The translations under genes and the position numbers were made by a program. Source: the human T2T-CHM13v2.0 reference genome, Homo sapiens. From it: a stretch of DNA of 64,000 nucleotides. Within the stretch, counting starts at the first letter, position 1, and the number at the start of each line of letters is the position of its first letter. This document shows, piece after piece, positions 62,814 to 64,000 of this stretch. Under the pieces are notes generated by a model that searched no databases, was not told the origin of the DNA, and saw only the letters and a list, made by a program, of their open reading frames with translations. The stretch lies in NCBI RefSeq assembly GCF_009914755.1, contig NC_060926.1; one strand, given 5' to 3'.

Positions 62814-63115
62814 TGTTATGGGTTGTATTGTGTCCCCCAGAAAGATGTTGACATTCTAACCCCCAGTACCTGTGAATGTGACTTCATTTGGAAATAGAGT
62901 CTTTGCAGATGACCGAGTTAAGATGAGTCTGTTAAGGTAGGCCCTAACCCAATAGGATCATGTCCTTGAGATAGAGTAAATGTGGATGCAAAGGCAAACA
63001 TGCGCACAGGGGAGAACGCCATGTGATGATGAGGGCAGAGGTTGGGGTGAGGCGTCCACAAGCCAAGGAATGGCAAAGTTGCCAGAAAACTACCGGAAGC
63101 TGGAAAAGCCCCAGA
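62814..63115 (+). mobile_element. MLT1B/C LTR, 3'-truncated
   Basis: tgttatgggttgtattgtgtcccccag...ctaacccccagtacctgtgaatgtgacttcatttggaaatagagtctttgcagatg. Confidence 0.82.
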
Positions 63116-64000
63116 AATTAACACAGCAATGAAGCCATGAGAGGGCAGGAGGTCTTTCCAACCATTCAAACGCCCAGTGAGGGAACAGCAGCCTCTCTGG
63201 TAAGGAAGCACCATCACCCACCCTTCCAAGCAGATGCTGAGATCGCCAAACTGAAGGGAGACTGGGCCTCAAAAATTCCTTCACTTAAGCCTCCGAGTCA
63301 TCAGCCTCCTCCATCATTTCATACTTATTTTCCTTTTCACATCATAACAAAGTTCACTTTAACTTTGAAGTCAGACGCTCTAGTGCTAAAGCACCATAAA
63401 TACAGTTTCTAGAAGATTACATCCTATCTCATGCTACCTGCTGGGGCTTTTCGTCCCCTTGGGGACCTCACCCTTCTCCTGGCAGTTTTCTCATCTTCTT
63501 TTACCCCAAAACCCTGATCTTCCACCTGCTATCTCACTTCCCCCTAGCCTGCCTGCCCTCCCTCCTGCCTGCCCTGGTAATTCCCATCATATATCTCTGT
63601 GACTGATGAATAGGAAGTTAATCAGAGTGCAGTCAGCTGTACCTTCGAATCATAGACTCATTTTGAGGTATCTTAATTGAACCATCTCCCTGGGAAAGAT
63701 GAACTGTAGATAACAATCAGGAAGGCTTGTGCAAAGGGTAAAGAGATGAGCCTTCTAAAATGAATATATGTCAAAGTCAGATGACAGGAAACTTAGGTTC
63801 ACCAAAGTCATTCAATCAGCCAGTTATTCACTCAACAAATGTTTACTGTGGGTCCCAGACCAGGTTAGGAGCTGGAGGGTATATCTCCAGGAATATGGGT
63901 CTGTGGCTGTCACGCCCTCAAGCTATTTTCTCTGCCTCTACAGGAAGAAAACTGAAGGCCATTCAGGAAAGGCTGCAGCTGTAGTGGGCTTCCCTGTGAC

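Overview
Repeat-rich hominid (human or great-ape) genomic DNA. I could not recognise any host protein-coding exon, so the window is intergenic or deep intronic. The main feature is a full-length (~6.0 kb) minus-strand LINE-1 at 10366-16410, flanked by a perfect 14-bp target-site duplication. Its ORF1 (338 aa), ORF2 (1275 aa) and antisense ORF0 (71 aa) are all uninterrupted. Its 3'UTR diagnostic bases (GAG rather than ACA/ACG; A rather than G near the end) make it L1PA2-type rather than L1HS-Ta. Although the frames and catalytic residues are intact, it carries missense changes at two known regulatory sites: ORF1p T203K (phosphorylation site) and ORF2p Y415S (PCNA-binding PIP box). Its antisense promoter and ORF0 splice donors point into unique + strand DNA, where two candidate acceptors would give in-frame ORF0 fusion peptides. 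The rest of the window is about 13 Alu-family elements (including a tail-less AluY), three long decayed ancient L1M copies (38.4-57.4 kb), MaLR/ERVL solo LTRs, hAT and Tigger DNA-transposon fossils, L2/MIR fragments and short tandem repeats. Subfamily names and comparisons to L1HS come from consensus sequences I recall, not from a database run.
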